Made by a program: the position numbers and the translations under genes. Below are positions 42,142-51,768 of a DNA stretch of 64,000 nt, in pieces. Under the pieces are notes generated by a model. That model had not been told where the DNA came from. It was given only the letters and a program-made list of their open reading frames with translations, and made no database searches. Source of the DNA: an uncultured candidate division Zixibacteria bacterium (GTDB lineage: Bacteria; Zixibacteria; MSB-5A5; RBG-16-43-9); assembly GCA_963713865.1 (NCBI GenBank), contig OY970208.1, positions 2,240,001 to 2,304,000 of the forward strand, written 5' to 3'. Numbering within the stretch: the first letter of the stretch is position 1; every line of letters starts with the position of its first letter.

Positions 42142-42159
42142 AACTTCTCCTTTGAATCT

Positions 42160-43422
42160 TTAAACTTTAACCCGGCTTATCTCCGCTCCCAATTTTGAGA
42201 GCTTTTCTTCAAATTTTTCATACCCCCGGTCAATATGGTAAATCCTTAACACCTCACTCTTACCTTCTGCTCCTAATCCGGCTAAGACCAGACCTGCTCC
42301 TGCTCGTATATCGGATGCCATCACTGAAGCACCTTTTAACTTGGGGACACCCTTTATTGTAGCCCTGTCTCCATTAACTATTATATCCGCTCCCAGCCGG
42401 TTTAGTTCCATCACATGCGTAAATCTATCTTCAAAAACCGTTTCTCTGATATAACTTGAGCCTGAAGCGGTGCAGGTAAGAGCCATTAATGAAGCTTGCA
42501 TATCTGTAGGAAAACCAGGAAAGGGGAAAGTGGTTACTGAGACAGGTTTAAGCCTGGAAGGACCTTTGACTGCTATCATCTTTCTATTCAAGCTAACATC
42601 TATACCCATCTCCTTGAACTTAAAGATAACTATGTTCAGATGCTCTGGGACACAGTCTTTAATCTCCACATAACCTGAGGTCACTGCAGCTGCCATCATA
42701 AAGGTGCCTGCCTCCAGACGATCTTTAATGCAGGTATGCTCAACTCCTATCAATTTTTTCACCCCGGTAATCTGCACAGTTGAAGAGCCAGCCCCTTCTA
42801 TCTTTGCACCCATCGAGTTCAGGAAATTAGCCACATCCACTACTTCAGGATCGCAGGCTGCATTTACCAGAGTGGTTTTACCTTCAGCTAAACAGGCTGA
42901 CATCATCACATTCTCAGTTCCGGTATGGCTGGGTCTATCAAAATAGATGATATTTCCCTTAAGTTTTTCAGCTTTAGCGACTACATATCCATGCTCTTCT
43001 TCAATTTTTGCACCTAAAGCCGATAAACCAGCTAAATGCAGATTAACCGGCCGAGGTCCTAAAACACACCCGCCTGGCAAGGAAACTTTTGCTTTCCCAC
43101 ACCGGGCTAAAAGAGGACCTAAAACTAAAAATGATGCTCTCATCTTTCTGACCAAATCATAAGGGGCTTCATAAGAAGAGAGGTTCTCTGCACTTATGGT
43201 TACTGTCTTTTCCTTAATCTCTTTTTTTATTTTAGCACCTAAGTGCTCTAAAACCTTGAGCATCGTATCTATGTCTGCTAAGTTAGGCACGTTGTGAATT
43301 ATCGATTCCCCTTTTTCAGCTAATAATGCCGCCGCTAAAACCGGCAGAACTGCATTTTTAGCACCTGAAATCTCCACTGAACCGGAAAGCTTTTTCCCAC
43401 CTTGAATAACGAATTTATCCAT
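42160..43422 (-). CDS. murA: UDP-N-acetylglucosamine 1-carboxyvinyltransferase
   Basis: GAKNA, MRAS, PGGC..G.RP, PGFPTDMQ, DIRAG and HIDRGY motifs. Confidence 0.97.
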   Translation of the reverse strand: MDKFVIQGGKKLSGSVEISGAKNAVLPVLAAALLAEKGESIIHNVPNLADIDTMLKVLEHLGAKIKKEIKEKTVTISAENLSSYEAPYDLVRKMRASFLVLGPLLARCGKAKVSLPGGCVLGPRPVNLHLAGLSALGAKIEEEHGYVVAKAEKLKGNIIYFDRPSHTGTENVMMSACLAEGKTTLVNAACDPEVVDVANFLNSMGAKIEGAGSSTVQITGVKKLIGVEHTCIKDRLEAGTFMMAAAVTSGYVEIKDCVPEHLNIVIFKFKEMGIDVSLNRKMIAVKGPSRLKPVSVTTFPFPGFPTDMQASLMALTCTASGSSYIRETVFEDRFTHVMELNRLGADIIVNGDRATIKGVPKLKGASVMASDIRAGAGLVLAGLGAEGKSEVLRIYHIDRGYEKFEEKLSKLGAEISRVKV

Positions 43423-43530
43423 AATTTCTCACCTTAAGTTTCATTATTAATACGTTATTTTTCATCTAAACCAAAATCTTTCTAAATGATAAATTAACTT
43501 TTTTAGATTCTTAGTCAAGGGTTCTTTTTT

Positions 43531-43929
43531 GTAGGGGCAGACCCTTGTGTCTGCCCTTTGATACGGTAGGGACAGGTTTCAAACCTGCTCCTATTACCTG
43601 TTATTGTGAGGAGTCACCTCGCCTTTAGCGGGGCGACGAAGCAATCCCTTTTGCTGGTCGTTGGTCTCCTGACCAACAATTCCTTGCAAATAGTGAAAAA
43701 TATCTCACAGCTGACTATTTTGATTAAGCCGATATTACCATTCTTATCCTAAGGATCCGTTTCTTGTATCTGCTTAATCCGTTCCATCAGCCTCAAGGTC
43801 AAATTCGACTGTGAATGAGATTTATACATCTCAAGTGACCGTCAGGTCCCCTGAACCAACGGAAAAAGACGCATAGGCTCAGCCATAGATTCTTCGGTCG
43901 TCCCCGTAGGGTACTCCCTCAGAACGACA
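43531..43929. repeat. Mosaic cluster of palindromic repeats
   Basis: GTAG REPs (43531-43557, 43566-43593), GTCATT-type elements (43600-43648, 43887-43929), a TCCTAAGGATCC..TGTGA unit (43747-43814) and a GTGACCG unit (43835) also found inverted at 30583-30606. Confidence 0.75.
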
Positions 43930-44013
43930 AACAAGAAGCGTTTTTGGCAGTTTAGAAATTTAAATGGAGATTTCAATTGATTGTTTTTTAATTTTATATT
44001 ATATAGAAAATAT

Positions 44014-44742
44014 ATGAAAGACACAGTTTATTTTATCTCCGATGCCCATTTGGGTTCAAATTCTCTTGAAAGGGAAAAGCTGAAAGAAGAGAGACTCCTT
44101 CTTTTTTTAGAACAGATTAAAAAGGACTCTCAAGCATTGTATATCTTAGGTGATCTGTTTGAATTCTGGTTCGAATATAAAAATGTCATTCCTAAAAACC
44201 ATTTTCCTATTTTAATGAAGCTGAAAGAGATTACAGACCTGGGAATCCCCATAACCTATTTAGTTGGGAACCACGACTTCTGGCTGGGCGATTCCTTGAC
44301 CGAACAGGTAGGAATGAAAATAGTCAAACACCCGCTCTCCGTAGAGCATCAGGGTAAAAAAATCTATCTCATACATGGAGATGGATTAGCCAAAGAAGAT
44401 ATTGGTTACAGGATATTGAAAAAAGTCCTGAGAAATAAAATCAATATCTTTCTTTATAAATTGATACCGCCTGATATTGGCATCCCCTTTGCAAAAAAAG
44501 TTGCTTCTTACAGTCGAGATAAGACTCAAGCCAGGGACAAGGAATTTTTAGAGGATTATCGAGAATTTGCTAAAGAAAAAATTATAGAAGGGTATGATGC
44601 GGTAATAATTGGACACACCCACCAGCCCTGTTTTGAGGAACTGGATAAAGGGGTCTATCTAAATTTAGGCGACTGGTTCGAGCATTTCACCTACGGGAAA
44701 TTAAGCGAGGGAAAATTTTATTTGATGGAATATAAAACATAG
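44014..44742 (+). CDS. lpxH: UDP-2,3-diacylglucosamine hydrolase (LpxH/LpxH2-like metallophosphoesterase)
   Basis: SDAHLG, LGDLFEFW, GNHDFW, HGD, GHTH and NLGDW motifs. Confidence 0.8.
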   Translation: MKDTVYFISDAHLGSNSLEREKLKEERLLLFLEQIKKDSQALYILGDLFEFWFEYKNVIPKNHFPILMKLKEITDLGIPITYLVGNHDFWLGDSLTEQVGMKIVKHPLSVEHQGKKIYLIHGDGLAKEDIGYRILKKVLRNKINIFLYKLIPPDIGIPFAKKVASYSRDKTQARDKEFLEDYREFAKEKIIEGYDAVIIGHTHQPCFEELDKGVYLNLGDWFEHFTYGKLSEGKFYLMEYKT

Positions 44743-44969
44743 GTAGGGGCGAGGTCTCCTCGCCCTATGACCGGTAGACCCATGTTGTTCCAATATGGGT
44801 TTTTATCCTTTTTGTGTAGGGGTGGGTTTCAAACCCACCCCTACAGCCCCTCGCAATTACAATTGGTAGGGGTACGGCGCACCGTGCCCCTACCTCCGAA
44901 AAGGTAGACACAGGGGCACACCCCGAAAAAATCGGGATTTCGCTACACTCAACAGGGATCTGCCCCTAC
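44743..44969. repeat. Cluster of GTAG REPs between convergent lpxH and leuD
   Basis: 44743-44768, 44816-44844, 44866-44893 and an interrupted copy at 44903-44969. Confidence 0.85.
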
Positions 44970-45460
44970 TTTTTCAAACTTCTCTTTAAATGTTCGATCA
45001 ATCCCCCATCTTCCAAAATCCCCATAACTATTTCCGGCAGAGGAGGGAAAGGAATTTTTCTATTTTCAGTTATAATCTCACCTGTAGCGTAATTCACAGT
45101 AATGATTTCCCCACCCTTTATCAAATCATAAGCCTCTTTGGACTGAACCAGAGCCAGCCCCTGATTGATTGCATTCCTGAAAAATATCCTGGAAAAAGAT
45201 CTAGCAATGACACAGGAAATCCCGGCAAATTTTAAAGAAGTAGCGGCTTGCTCCCTGGAAGAACCGCAGCCAAAATTGGAACCAGCCAAGATAATATCCC
45301 CTTTTTGAATTTTATTGGGAAATTCTTTATCATATCCTTCTAAGGCATGCTTAGCCATCTCCTGAGGATCCAAAATGGGAAGGCACTTACCCGGATAAAT
45401 CAAATCGGTATCAATGTTATCCCCGAATTTCCAGACTTTTCCCTTAATCTCTTTTAACAT
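44966..45460 (-). CDS. leuD: Isopropylmalate/homoaconitate dehydratase small subunit (LeuD/HacB type)
   Basis: FGDNIDTD, NFGCGSSRE and SFSRIFFRNAINQG motifs. Exact substrate uncertain. Confidence 0.85.
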   Translation of the reverse strand: MLKEIKGKVWKFGDNIDTDLIYPGKCLPILDPQEMAKHALEGYDKEFPNKIQKGDIILAGSNFGCGSSREQAATSLKFAGISCVIARSFSRIFFRNAINQGLALVQSKEAYDLIKGGEIITVNYATGEIITENRKIPFPPLPEIVMGILEDGGLIEHLKRSLKK

Positions 45461-45472
45461 ATTATTTTCACT

Positions 45473-47077
45473 TTATCTTTTTAAAAACTCCCTCGGGTCT
45501 GAAATCTCACCTTTGATAGCAGAAGCGGAAACAGTTGCCGGGCTGGCTAAATAAACTTCTGACTCAGCAGAACCCATCCTCCCTTTGAAATTACGATTAG
45601 TGGTTGCCAGACACTTTTCTCCTTTAGCCAGTATCCCCTGATGTGCACCTAAACAGGGACCACATCCTGGATTCAGCACTACACAGTTAGCCTCCAGAAA
45701 CGTTTTGATAAACCCCTTTTTCAAAGCTTCTAAATAAATCGATTTGGAGCCAGGCAGAACCAGCACCCTGGTATCTGGATGAACCTTTTTACCTTTTAGT
45801 ATCCTGGCTGCAATCTCCAGATCATCTATTCTGCCATTGGTACAGGAACCCAATAAAACCTGGTCTATTTTTATACCTTTAACCTCATCTATCGATTTCA
45901 CATTATCAACATTATGAGGACAGGCAACCTGTGGTTCCAATCTATCAATTTCAAATTCATATTCATTTTCATAGACAGCGTTCTGGTCAGCATAAATCGG
46001 ATGATAAGCTCTTTTAGCTCTGCCGTTAAGATATTTCTTGGTGACCTTATCAAAAGGAATAATTGCAAATTTTCCGCCCATCTCCATCGAAAGGTTAGCT
46101 AAGGTGAATCTCTCAGAAACGGACATATTCTCAACTGTATTACCATAAAACTCTACTGATTTATAATTTGCTCCTTCGACTGTCAATTTCCCGATTACAT
46201 AAAGGATTACATCCTTAGCATATACCCCCAGAGGAAGTCTGCCAAAAAGATTTAATTTGATACTTTCTGGGACCTTTAACCAGATTTTACCAGTAGCCCA
46301 GACTGCTGCCATCTCCGTTGCACCTACGCCAGTTGATAAAGCACCCAGACAGCCATAAGAGGTAGTATGTGAATCTGTTCCCACAGCTAATTCCCCCGGA
46401 AGTATATGTCCTTTCTCGATTACTACCTGATGACAGATCCCTTCCTTTATATCGTAAAAATTTTTTATACCCTGCTCTTTAACGAAAAGCCTGATCGAGC
46501 GGTGAGCTTCAGCCGTTTTCTCTGACTCAGCCGGAGCTCGATGGTCCAAAGGGATAACTATCTTATCAGGATTCCAGACTTTTGAGACTCCTATTGCCCT
46601 GAATTGTTTTATCACCAAGCCAGCATTGTCGTGGCTCATTGCTAAATCCGGTTCTACATAAACGATCTCCCCTACCTGAACCTCCTTTTTCCCTGCCTTC
46701 AGGCTTAACCCTTTCTGGGCGATTGTCATTCCCCTGTCTTTTATAAATCTTTTACTCATCTCTGGCAGATATAATTCAAGTTGGGCTAATTTCAAAACCC
46801 TGGGTTTCTCTAATAGATTATATTTCCTCCTCCATTTATAGAATGCCGCCTTGGAGATGGAAAGCTCCCTGCCAGCTTTAAGGTCATCTCCATGGATTTC
46901 CCAGAGCTCTTTTACCCTCTCAATACTATATTTAGGCAGAGCATACTTGAGGATTTTCTTTTTCCTTCTCCAGTAAGCCACCAGATAGGCTGGAACCCCC
47001 AGGACCTCCCCCATCTTTTTGTCTGTTTTATATTGAGCCTGAAGCTTAACCAGCTCTTCTTTCTTCGGAATTCTCAT
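45473..47077 (-). CDS. leuC: LeuC/HacA-type aconitase-family large subunit with a ~116-aa N-terminal tandem HTH-like extension
   Basis: GICHQ, DSHT, GSCTNGR, PGCGPCLG and NRNF motifs. Enzyme homology starts at GMTIAQK (Met117). Confidence 0.88.
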   Translation of the reverse strand: MRIPKKEELVKLQAQYKTDKKMGEVLGVPAYLVAYWRRKKKILKYALPKYSIERVKELWEIHGDDLKAGRELSISKAAFYKWRRKYNLLEKPRVLKLAQLELYLPEMSKRFIKDRGMTIAQKGLSLKAGKKEVQVGEIVYVEPDLAMSHDNAGLVIKQFRAIGVSKVWNPDKIVIPLDHRAPAESEKTAEAHRSIRLFVKEQGIKNFYDIKEGICHQVVIEKGHILPGELAVGTDSHTTSYGCLGALSTGVGATEMAAVWATGKIWLKVPESIKLNLFGRLPLGVYAKDVILYVIGKLTVEGANYKSVEFYGNTVENMSVSERFTLANLSMEMGGKFAIIPFDKVTKKYLNGRAKRAYHPIYADQNAVYENEYEFEIDRLEPQVACPHNVDNVKSIDEVKGIKIDQVLLGSCTNGRIDDLEIAARILKGKKVHPDTRVLVLPGSKSIYLEALKKGFIKTFLEANCVVLNPGCGPCLGAHQGILAKGEKCLATTNRNFKGRMGSAESEVYLASPATVSASAIKGEISDPREFLKR

Positions 47078-47094
47078 CTTAATATCTGATTATT

Positions 47095-47580
47095 CTAAGA
47101 GTGATTTCTTAAACTCTTTTTGAGCTTTCTGAATACCTCGCCCAGGCTGATGGAAACCACTTTTGTCTCTGCAAGGACCGGCATAAAATTAGTGTCTCCG
47201 GTCCAGCGAGGAACTATATGGATATGCAGATGATTAGCCACACCTGCACCTGAAACCTTTCCCAGGTTCATTCCTAAGTTTAAAGCTTCAGGTTTTAAAG
47301 TGGCTTTCAGGAGTTTAATGGAAAACTGTGTGGTTTTCATAAGGTCAGCCATCTCAGATTCAGTTAAATTTTCCAGTTTACCAGTATGCCGGTTCGGGCA
47401 AACCATTAAATGACCGGTGTTATAGGGGAAGCGGTTCATTATAACAAATGATTTCCCCCTCCGAAAAAGGATCAGGTTTTTCTCATCCTTTTTTTCTTTT
47501 AATCTTTTGCAGAATATACACCCCTTTTCTTTTTCCCCCAAGATAAATTTCCCTCGCCAGGGTGCCCAGAGTTTTTGCAT
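47095..47580 (-). CDS. HIT family hydrolase (Ap4A hydrolase/phosphorylase type)
   Basis: LWAPWR, CIFC, NRFPYNTGHLM and HLHIHIVPRW motifs. Confidence 0.9.
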   Translation of the reverse strand: MQKLWAPWRGKFILGEKEKGCIFCKRLKEKKDEKNLILFRRGKSFVIMNRFPYNTGHLMVCPNRHTGKLENLTESEMADLMKTTQFSIKLLKATLKPEALNLGMNLGKVSGAGVANHLHIHIVPRWTGDTNFMPVLAETKVVSISLGEVFRKLKKSLRNHS

Positions 47581-47672
47581 ATCCTAAAAGGATCCTTACT
47601 GGTCAAATTTTAAATTAATATACTAAATCGAAAAATATATTTCAATATCTTTTATAGAATATTTAAGTTCGT

Positions 47673-47765
47673 GTAGCGGAGGTTTTAAACCTCAGCGCCG
47701 AGCCCTGAAGGCTCGGCTACACGATTTTACAGCATCAGCTCGGGCAGAAGTTGTACTCCTGCCCG
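47673..47765. repeat. REP doublet
   Basis: GTAGCGGAGGTTTTAAACCTC...GCCGAGCCCTGAAGGCTCGGCTAC. Confidence 0.7.
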
Positions 47766-47775
47766 TAATAAAGGA

Positions 47776-47916
47776 TTATTTGGATTTCACCTGACCGAAC
47801 ATCCCGAAAAAAGCGAAAAGACCAAAAAGTCCAAAAAGCCCTTCCAAACCACGAATCATACCTAAAAACCCCAAAAGCCCCAAAAACCCTAAATATCCTA
47901 AATTTCTTTTGTCCAT
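47776..47916 (-). CDS. 46-aa Gly/Phe/Leu-repeat membrane microprotein (DUF3796-like)
   Basis: Below the ORF-track cutoff. MDKRNLGYLGFLGLLGFLGMIRGLEGLFGLFGLFAFFGMFGQVKSK*, SD GAGGT. Confidence 0.75.
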   Translation of the reverse strand: MDKRNLGYLGFLGLLGFLGMIRGLEGLFGLFGLFAFFGMFGQVKSK

Positions 47917-48033
47917 CGGCTACCTCATTTATGAAAATTACCTCTTGTTTCTAATCATAGTACAACCCTTTCAGGGGCGCTAAAACTGTAGGGACAGAAC
48001 AGTGTTCTGTCCCCTTTTTCATAACTATATTTT

Positions 48034-48696
48034 TTAGGTACTCAATATCATTTCTTCTAATTTCTGAAGAGCTTTTTCTCCGGACTCTAAAACCTTTTTG
48101 TCTATAAGTTCAAAACTATCGCAAAAATAATGAAATATAACATTAAAATAATATCTTGAAAGCAGTAGACTTTCTTTCACATATTTAATACTGGGCCCTA
48201 TATCAAAAAGCAACCCTTCTTGTGATTTGGAAATCTTAGGTAGAATACCTGTATAGTTAGTATGAATGATTTTCGAAAGGTCCTTATACCATTTATTATA
48301 ATGCTTCTCCATCCTTGCTGTTGTTGCCTTATCGGAAATTCTCTTGTGTTTTCTATACTGTTCAGGTTCTTCAAAAAACATTTTATGTAAAGTATGATTT
48401 TGTTTTTCCAGATATTTCAGGTCAATTACATTTTCTATTAGGGCTCTTACAAGAATACCAGCTTCAAGTCCCAATCCAAGATTACAAAGGTGATGAACTG
48501 ACACAAATAATGAGAATGATTTTGTAAAGATTGCCTGTATAATGCCTTTGAAATCGGATTCAAATCTAATTTTCTTTTGGTCAAAAATGTTTAGAACATT
48601 ATTTATGTTATTAATTAACTCCAAATTGAGGTCGAATAAATCTTTATATTTCACATATACTACATTTTCTATAACAAAGTCTTTTTTCTCTATCAT
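48034..48696 (-). CDS. Hypothetical alpha-helical protein (DUF5677-like)
   Basis: A.ILVRALIE..IDLKYL and Y..LS..IH motifs; very AT-rich; SD GAGTGAG. Confidence 0.6.
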   Translation of the reverse strand: MIEKKDFVIENVVYVKYKDLFDLNLELINNINNVLNIFDQKKIRFESDFKGIIQAIFTKSFSLFVSVHHLCNLGLGLEAGILVRALIENVIDLKYLEKQNHTLHKMFFEEPEQYRKHKRISDKATTARMEKHYNKWYKDLSKIIHTNYTGILPKISKSQEGLLFDIGPSIKYVKESLLLSRYYFNVIFHYFCDSFELIDKKVLESGEKALQKLEEMILST

Positions 48697-48724
48697 TCAA
48701 ACTCACTCTAATATCTGAACCTAA

Positions 48725-48848
48725 GCGAGGTTAAAGCCTCGCACTACGAAAAAATCTTTGGGCAGAACGATGTTCTGCCCCTACATCTCCATCGAATCAG
48801 GAAGCCCAATGGTCACATAGGTGCGGGCGTATTGCAATACGCCCCTAC
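48725..48848. repeat. Three GTAG REPs on the minus strand
   Basis: ...GCCTCGCACTAC, GGGCAGAACGATGTTCTGCCCCTAC and GGGCGTATTGCAATACGCCCCTAC. Confidence 0.8.
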
Positions 48849-48858
48849 AAAAAAATCT

Positions 48859-49455
48859 CTAAAACTCCACTCTCCCTTCAATCGCATTTGCCAGGGTAGT
48901 TATATCTGCGTATTCCAATTCCCCGCCTGCCGGAACTCCTCTGGCAATGCGGGTAACTTTTATCCCTAAAGGTTTTATCAGCTTAGCTAAATAAATCGCA
49001 GTTGCCTCACCCTCTACATTCGGATTGGTGGCAATTATCACCTCTTTGACGTTCTCTTTTAACCTGGTAATAAGCTCTCTGGTTTTCAAATCGTCCGGAC
49101 CTATTCCATCTAAGGGCGATAGTACCCCACCCAATACATGATAAAGCCCTTTATATTGATTTGTTTTCTCTAAGGCTAAAACGTCATTTGGCTCTTCAAC
49201 CACGCAGATTATGTTTTTATCTCTTTTGGTATCTTTACAGATATTACAGGGATCGTCTTCAGTGATATTAAAGCAAACCGAACAATATCTGACTCTATCC
49301 TTAACGTCTAAAATCGCTTGAGAAAGCTTCAAAGCCTCATCTCTTCTCTGCTTCAGAACATAGAAAGTCAATCTCTGGGCAGTTTTCCTGCCAATCCCCG
49401 GGAGTTTGGAAAACTCCTCAATTAATCTTTCAACTGAATCAGTTAGTTTTACCAT
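48859..49455 (-). CDS. recR: Recombination mediator RecR
   Basis: [12 protein letters not shown] HhH motif, C4 zinc finger and TOPRIM ([14 protein letters not shown]). Start set at MVKL. Confidence 0.96.
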   Translation of the reverse strand: MVKLTDSVERLIEEFSKLPGIGRKTAQRLTFYVLKQRRDEALKLSQAILDVKDRVRYCSVCFNITEDDPCNICKDTKRDKNIICVVEEPNDVLALEKTNQYKGLYHVLGGVLSPLDGIGPDDLKTRELITRLKENVKEVIIATNPNVEGEATAIYLAKLIKPLGIKVTRIARGVPAGGELEYADITTLANAIEGRVEF

Positions 49456-49487
49456 AGAAATCTGTAGTCGCTCGATTTGTCGTTGGT

Positions 49488-49609
49488 TTCCCTCTCCCCT
49501 TGTGGGAGAGGGGAAAAATAATATCACCCTCCCTTTATCCCTCCTCTACGAGGAGCTAAGCCTCCGTAGGACCGTAAGGCTTTTATCGGCCTATGAGGGA
49601 GGGATAATT
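49488..49609. repeat. CCCTCTCC/CCCTCCC composite element with a nested ~47-nt insert
   Basis: Inverted copy of 54111-54200, interrupted at ~49545-49591. Confidence 0.8.
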
Positions 49610-49925
49610 AAAAAGGTAACCCTGGAAGTTTCAATCCACCAGTTAACTTTGACATCTCCTCAGTCTGAATTTCCTGAGATTTTTCTTTTGCCTGATTAAC
49701 TGCGGCTAAAACCAGATCCTCCAGCATCTCCACGTCCTCTTTATTCACCACCTCCGGATCGATTTTTATCTCCAGAATCTCCTGCTTGCCATTAGCTGTC
49801 ACTTTCACCATTCCCCCACCACTTGATCCCTCAACCCTTTTATTCTCCAGCTCCTTCTGGATCTCCTCCATCTTAGCCTGCATCTTCTGTACCTGTTTCA
49901 TCATATCCCCGAACCCTTTAGGCAT
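49608..49925 (-). CDS. ybaB: YbaB/EbfC nucleoid-associated protein
   Basis: MMKQVQKMQ, SGGGMVKV and EMLEDLVLAAVN motifs; dnaX-ybaB-recR synteny. Confidence 0.95.
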   Translation of the reverse strand: MPKGFGDMMKQVQKMQAKMEEIQKELENKRVEGSSGGGMVKVTANGKQEILEIKIDPEVVNKEDVEMLEDLVLAAVNQAKEKSQEIQTEEMSKLTGGLKLPGLPF

Positions 49926-50014
49926 CTTATCCTCCGCTTAACAAGCTGAATCCTGCCTTATGGGTCGTATCCCGCATATTTGCGGGATTATCGACCACAA
50001 AACGGGATTCACGG

Positions 50015-51661
50015 CTAAATTGGTTTCTTGTCAATTATCTCGCCACCTAAATTTTCCAGTATCTCTTTTAACCCGGGAATGTCTTGAGGTATAGATTCTT
50101 TTTTGAAAACCGGGCCTTTCTGAATAGAATTGTTTGGGCTGTCATTCAAACTGAAGCTGATCCTTAAATCGTTTTGAAATATCTGACTGGTTATTTCCTG
50201 AATCTGCTTCAGGTTGTCTCTTTTCTCCACCTGCTTTTTATGGAAATCATTCCCGTTAGGAAATCCCAAGAGCAGAACCCCGTTATCTAAGGACAGTATC
50301 TCTGCCTGACTAAGACAGCTCCAGAGTGAAGCTTTCTTTTCTTTTACCTTACTCAAGACTTCGGTCCAGCCAACTTTCAAATTTTCCAAACTCAGATTTT
50401 GATTTTTTTGATTCGTTTGGTTTGAATCTTTTTCTGGCTCAGGGTTTCCTTCTGAAATCCTATCCTTCAGTTCAGAGAGCTCTTTTTTCTCTGATAATCC
50501 ATATTCAACCCCCTCTTCTTTATTCCCTATCTGATCTAACTTTTTAAAAAGGGTCTCTAAGGAGACAGATGAATCCATCTTAATAAGCTTTAACAGTGCA
50601 ACTTCTAAATGGATCCTCGGCTCCGTAGTTCTTTTCAAAGTATAATTCAAATCCGCCACTATTTTTATCATCCTCAAAAGGTCTGTTTCTGAAAAACTCT
50701 CTGCTTCCTTTTTATATTTTTCGATATAGTGCTGGGAAAGATCAAAAAGCTTTTCAGACTCCCCGCCGGCCTTAGCCACTAACAGGTTTCTGAGATGATC
50801 TAATAACCCCAGAACAAATTCAGGCAGGTCAACACCCGAATCGATCAAGCTTTCTAAAAGCTCTAATCCTTTTTTACTATCTTTCTCTTTGATAATTTTA
50901 GTCAGTTCAAAAAAAACCTCTTGATCTACCAGACCCAGGGTCTGATCAACTATCTTCTTGGTTATCTTCTTGCCACCATAAGCTATCATCTGGTCTAAAA
51001 GGGAAAGACAGTCTCTGAGACTGCCATCCGCTTTACGGGCTAAAGTGTAAATGGCTTCCTTCTCCATCTCGAGATCTTCCTTTTTAGAGATGTCGTTGAT
51101 AGTCTCCACTACATCGTTAAAAGGGATTCTTTTGAAATCAAACCTTTGACAGCGTGATAAAATAGTTGGCGGCACATCCTGAGGTGAGGTAGTAGCAAAT
51201 ATAAAAACCACATTAGCTGGAGGCTCTTCAATGGTTTTGAGCAGAGCGTCGAAAGCAGAATCTGAAAGCATTTGAACTTCGTCGATTATATAGACCTTGT
51301 ATTTACCCCTTACCGGAGCATATTTAACCCCTTCAATTATCAGTTCCCTGATATCCTCCACCCGACTCTTAGAGGCGGCATCCATCTCGAACACGTCTAT
51401 ACTTCTGCCGGCATTTATCTCCTCACAGGCAGAGCAAAGGTTACAGGGTTCTGAGGTTGGTCCTTTATCGCAGTTCAGGGCTTTGGCTAAGATTCGGGCA
51501 ACTGTGGTCTTGCCAGTTCCTCTTGGTCCGGAGAAAAGATAAGCATGGGCAATTCTTTTTGAGTTTATGGCATTGACCAGAGTGGTAGTAACATGCTTCT
51601 GGTCCACCACCTCCTCAAACCCCATAGGCCTGTATTTCCTCGCCATTACTAAGTATGACAT
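50015..51661 (-). CDS. dnaX: DNA polymerase III subunit gamma/tau
   Basis: ARKYRP, GPRGTGKTT, IIDEV and SRCQRF motifs. Confidence 0.97.
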   Translation of the reverse strand: MSYLVMARKYRPMGFEEVVDQKHVTTTLVNAINSKRIAHAYLFSGPRGTGKTTVARILAKALNCDKGPTSEPCNLCSACEEINAGRSIDVFEMDAASKSRVEDIRELIIEGVKYAPVRGKYKVYIIDEVQMLSDSAFDALLKTIEEPPANVVFIFATTSPQDVPPTILSRCQRFDFKRIPFNDVVETINDISKKEDLEMEKEAIYTLARKADGSLRDCLSLLDQMIAYGGKKITKKIVDQTLGLVDQEVFFELTKIIKEKDSKKGLELLESLIDSGVDLPEFVLGLLDHLRNLLVAKAGGESEKLFDLSQHYIEKYKKEAESFSETDLLRMIKIVADLNYTLKRTTEPRIHLEVALLKLIKMDSSVSLETLFKKLDQIGNKEEGVEYGLSEKKELSELKDRISEGNPEPEKDSNQTNQKNQNLSLENLKVGWTEVLSKVKEKKASLWSCLSQAEILSLDNGVLLLGFPNGNDFHKKQVEKRDNLKQIQEITSQIFQNDLRISFSLNDSPNNSIQKGPVFKKESIPQDIPGLKEILENLGGEIIDKKPI

Positions 51662-51768
51662 TTCTTCTTCCTTCTATCTTCTTAGGTCTTACATCTCACA
51701 TCTTACTTTTTTTACTATGAACCATCTACCATTTACTACCCACCAGAATCAATCCTTCGGATTGATTC

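Noticed and set aside
42160-43422. Fosfomycin-resistant MurA variant
   Set aside because: The active-site Cys in PGGC is retained.
44743-44969. CRISPR array interpretation of the REP clusters
   Set aside because: Units differ in their cores, spacing is irregular, orientations are mixed and there are no cas genes.
49456-49527. N-terminal extension of RecR in the ORF track
   Set aside because: It translates a palindromic repeat (PSPTRGEG); homology starts at MVKL.
50470-50560. Programmed -1 frameshift in dnaX
   Set aside because: The A runs (GAG AAA AAA GAG; TTT AAA AAG) are not in X_XXY_YYZ phase and I saw no stimulatory hairpin.
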